IMG/VR virus record: IMGVR_UViG_3300045988_104111
Span: 18,282-82,281 of that record
Length of the DNA stretch: 64,000 nt
Strand: one strand, 5' to 3'
DNA from: a virus
A program made the position numbers and the translations under genes. The notes below the pieces were generated by a model. The model was given only the letters and a program-made list of their open reading frames with translations, did no database searches and was not told the DNA's origin. Position 1 is the first letter of the stretch; each line of letters starts with the position of its first letter. Positions 62,333-64,000 of this stretch are shown one piece after another.

Positions 62333-62342
62333 TTTGTAACTG

Positions 62343-62697
62343 TCAGACATGGTGTCTGCTGCGGCACAATTTAGAAAATCTGGATTTAATGACCAAGATG
62401 CAGCATCGTTGGCGACCGTTGCTGCAATGTACCAAAACGTAGCTGATACGGCTATTTCAGCAGAAGATGCGGCCGCATCTATTACATCTCAGATTCGTGC
62501 ATTTGGCGAAGATGCTAGTTTTGCTACAGAAGTAATTGACGCATATAATGAAGTGGCAAACAATTTTAGTGTAGGCACTAACGATTTATCACAAGCAATG
62601 GAAATTGCATCTAGTGGTATGGCTACTTATGGCAATGAATTTTCTGAAATCATCGGATTGGTCACAGCTGGTACAGAAATTATGACCGGACGCAGCT
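62343..62697 (+). CDS. Tail tape measure protein, exon 2
   Basis: SDMVSAAAQFRKSGFNDQDAASLATVAAMYQNVADTAISAEDAAASITSQIRAFGED...GLVTAGTEIMTG. The frame then hits a stop at 62715-62717 inside the next intron. The 3' boundary is approximate. Confidence 0.55.
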
Positions 62698-64000
62698 TAA
62701 TTTGTGGGTTGCGGTAAAAATGTTTTGAATTGACTGGAACGTCTTGCAATACTTTATCTACTAAACCACAATAGTAATATGTGTGGCGGCAAGGAGTAAT
62801 GACCAAGGTATAGTAAAAAAGATAAAGACATCGAGAAAACCAGCATCCAAGCCTCCTAAGAGCAAGGAGGAAGGTTCAACGACCATCCTATATAGGATAG
62901 GCGCAAGTGCGCCGAAGCGGAACAGACTGCATATGTGCGGTCAAGATATGGTCTGAACATTATATGAAAATATAAGGAGTTTAATAAAGTGAAAAAAATA
63001 TCAGAAGAATATGTAAAACAATATCTAATAGACAATGGTGGATGGCAATTGTTATCTCATTATACTGGGACACATGATAATCTAACTATTGAGCGAGATG
63101 GCTATAAATCGATCACTAGCTTTACTAGTTTTAAAAGTGGACATAAGCCAATTATATTTGGGGTTAAAAATCCATTCTACAAAAACAACATTTGTGAGTT
63201 GATATATCGAAAAGACGAACGTGTGCAATTTGTAGATGCCAAATGTGTTAAAAAGAGCGGCAAACATCGAATTGTAGTTGATATGATTGACGCGAATGAA
63301 CATTCATTTTCTAAAACAATAGAACACATATTAAATAATGAAGAATGTTTGTGTTGTAAAGAATGTGCTAGAAAAATACAAACAAAAAGGCATAGAAAAT
63401 CATTTACAAATAAATGGATTAGCAGAATAGATATTTCGCGGTATTCTATTATTAGCGAGATTGATTATTTAACTGCGGATTCATTCATTGATATAGAAGA
63501 TGTTAAAACGGGATATCGGATTCATACGAATATACGCGCTGCATCTAAAAATCCACAAGCATTTAATGTGTTTTCTAATGAAAAATTCTTTCTTTATAAT
63601 TTATCTATATACGGGAAAGATAATGGTTTATCATCTACTCCCGTTTCTATTGTAGATAAGTCAGCAACTCATACGAAAGTGTTATTTCGTTGTTCATGTG
63701 GAAATGAATTTGTAAGAAGTGTTTATAAGTGGATGGACGGAAGAGATAGGTGTGCAACTTGTTCACAAACACAGTCGTCGTATGAAAAGAGGTTTGAGGA
63801 ATATTTGATACAAAATAGTATTGAATATAAATCCGAGTATAGATTTAATGCTTGTAAAGACATTAAACCATTGCCATTTGATTTTTACTTGCCGCAATAC
63901 GATTGTTTAATTGAGATTGACGGGATACAGCACTTTGAGCCTATTGCGTTTAGTGGGGACAAAAAGGACGCAGAAAGACGATTTGAGTTACAAAAAAAAC
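62698..64000 (+). mobile_element. Putative group I intron 2 in the tape measure gene (continues past window end)
   Basis: Shares GAATTGACTGG (62727-62737), CCAGCATCCAAG (62840-62851) and AAGGTTCAACGAC (62871-62883) with the nrdJ and tail introns. Contains an endonuclease-like ORF. The 5' boundary is approximate. Confidence 0.5.
62989..64000 (+). CDS. Intron-encoded endonuclease-like protein with C-terminal PD-(D/E)xK / Vsr-like motif (partial)
   Basis: GTG at 62989 lies 9 nt after AAGGAG. The frame is open to the window end. Cys clusters are present (CLCCKEC, CSCGN...CATC), and PFDFYLPQYDCLIEIDGIQHF is typical of restriction-endonuclease-like folds. Confidence 0.55.
   Translation, partial: MKKISEEYVKQYLIDNGGWQLLSHYTGTHDNLTIERDGYKSITSFTSFKSGHKPIIFGVKNPFYKNNICELIYRKDERVQFVDAKCVKKSGKHRIVVDMIDANEHSFSKTIEHILNNEECLCCKECARKIQTKRHRKSFTNKWISRIDISRYSIISEIDYLTADSFIDIEDVKTGYRIHTNIRAASKNPQAFNVFSNEKFFLYNLSIYGKDNGLSSTPVSIVDKSATHTKVLFRCSCGNEFVRSVYKWMDGRDRCATCSQTQSSYEKRFEEYLIQNSIEYKSEYRFNACKDIKPLPFDFYLPQYDCLIEIDGIQHFEPIAFSGDKKDAERRFELQKK

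Larger units (their letters stand above)
61725..62342 (+). mobile_element. Putative group I intron 1 in the tape measure gene, carrying a promoter and a small membrane-protein ORF
   Basis: Removing 61725-62342 (after ggT, ending ctG) joins ...QSVARTG|SDMVSAAAQFRKSGFNDQD in frame, which reads like a continuous TP901-type TMP domain. The boundaries are approximate. Confidence 0.5.

Noticed and set aside
1-64000. rRNA genes, transposases/IS elements, retron or DGR-type reverse transcriptases
   Set aside because: No ORF showed DDE/transposase or RT (YxDD) motifs, and no rRNA-like conserved stretches were seen. The mobile elements here are introns, inteins and homing-endonuclease genes.

Overview
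This window looks like part of a large, visibly AT-rich tailed dsDNA phage or prophage of a Firmicutes-type host, with an SPbeta-like gene repertoire. From 1 to about 38.7 kb almost everything is on the minus strand. This arm carries replication, nucleotide-metabolism and anti-restriction genes: class II RNR, RecD-like helicase, Dam-like and a second methyltransferase, RecJ, DnaG, DnaB, a radical-SAM protein, Sak4-like ATPase with a DUF669-type SSB, DnaE, an MBL nuclease, a tyrosine recombinase, HU, one tRNA, Lar, dCMP deaminase, DUF1599 and a T5orf172 protein. These genes are driven by a series of near-consensus sigma70 promoters (TTGACA, 17 nt, TATAAT). A divergent control region at 38.7-39.06 kb has interleaved leftward and rightward promoters. 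It is followed on the plus strand by a YonO-like single-subunit RNA polymerase, two HU/IHF-fold proteins, terminase, portal, a lysis cassette, scaffold, capsid, tail and tape-measure genes. The window is unusually rich in selfish elements. I count four putative group I introns (nrdJ, major tail protein, two in the tape measure), three of which share core motifs. There are also two paralogous LAGLIDADG inteins (nrdJ, and the Walker A loop of the helicase), three free-standing HNH genes and one T5orf172 gene. Other notable points are: promoter cassettes whose spacer is the exact complement of the next gene's Shine-Dalgarno; a type-II-shaped tRNA with a UAU anticodon; a higher-GC cassette next to a valS 5' fragment and bracketed by direct repeats; and an intron that carries its own promoter and a small membrane-protein gene instead of a homing endonuclease. 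All functional calls come from motif reading by eye. No database search or folding program was run.
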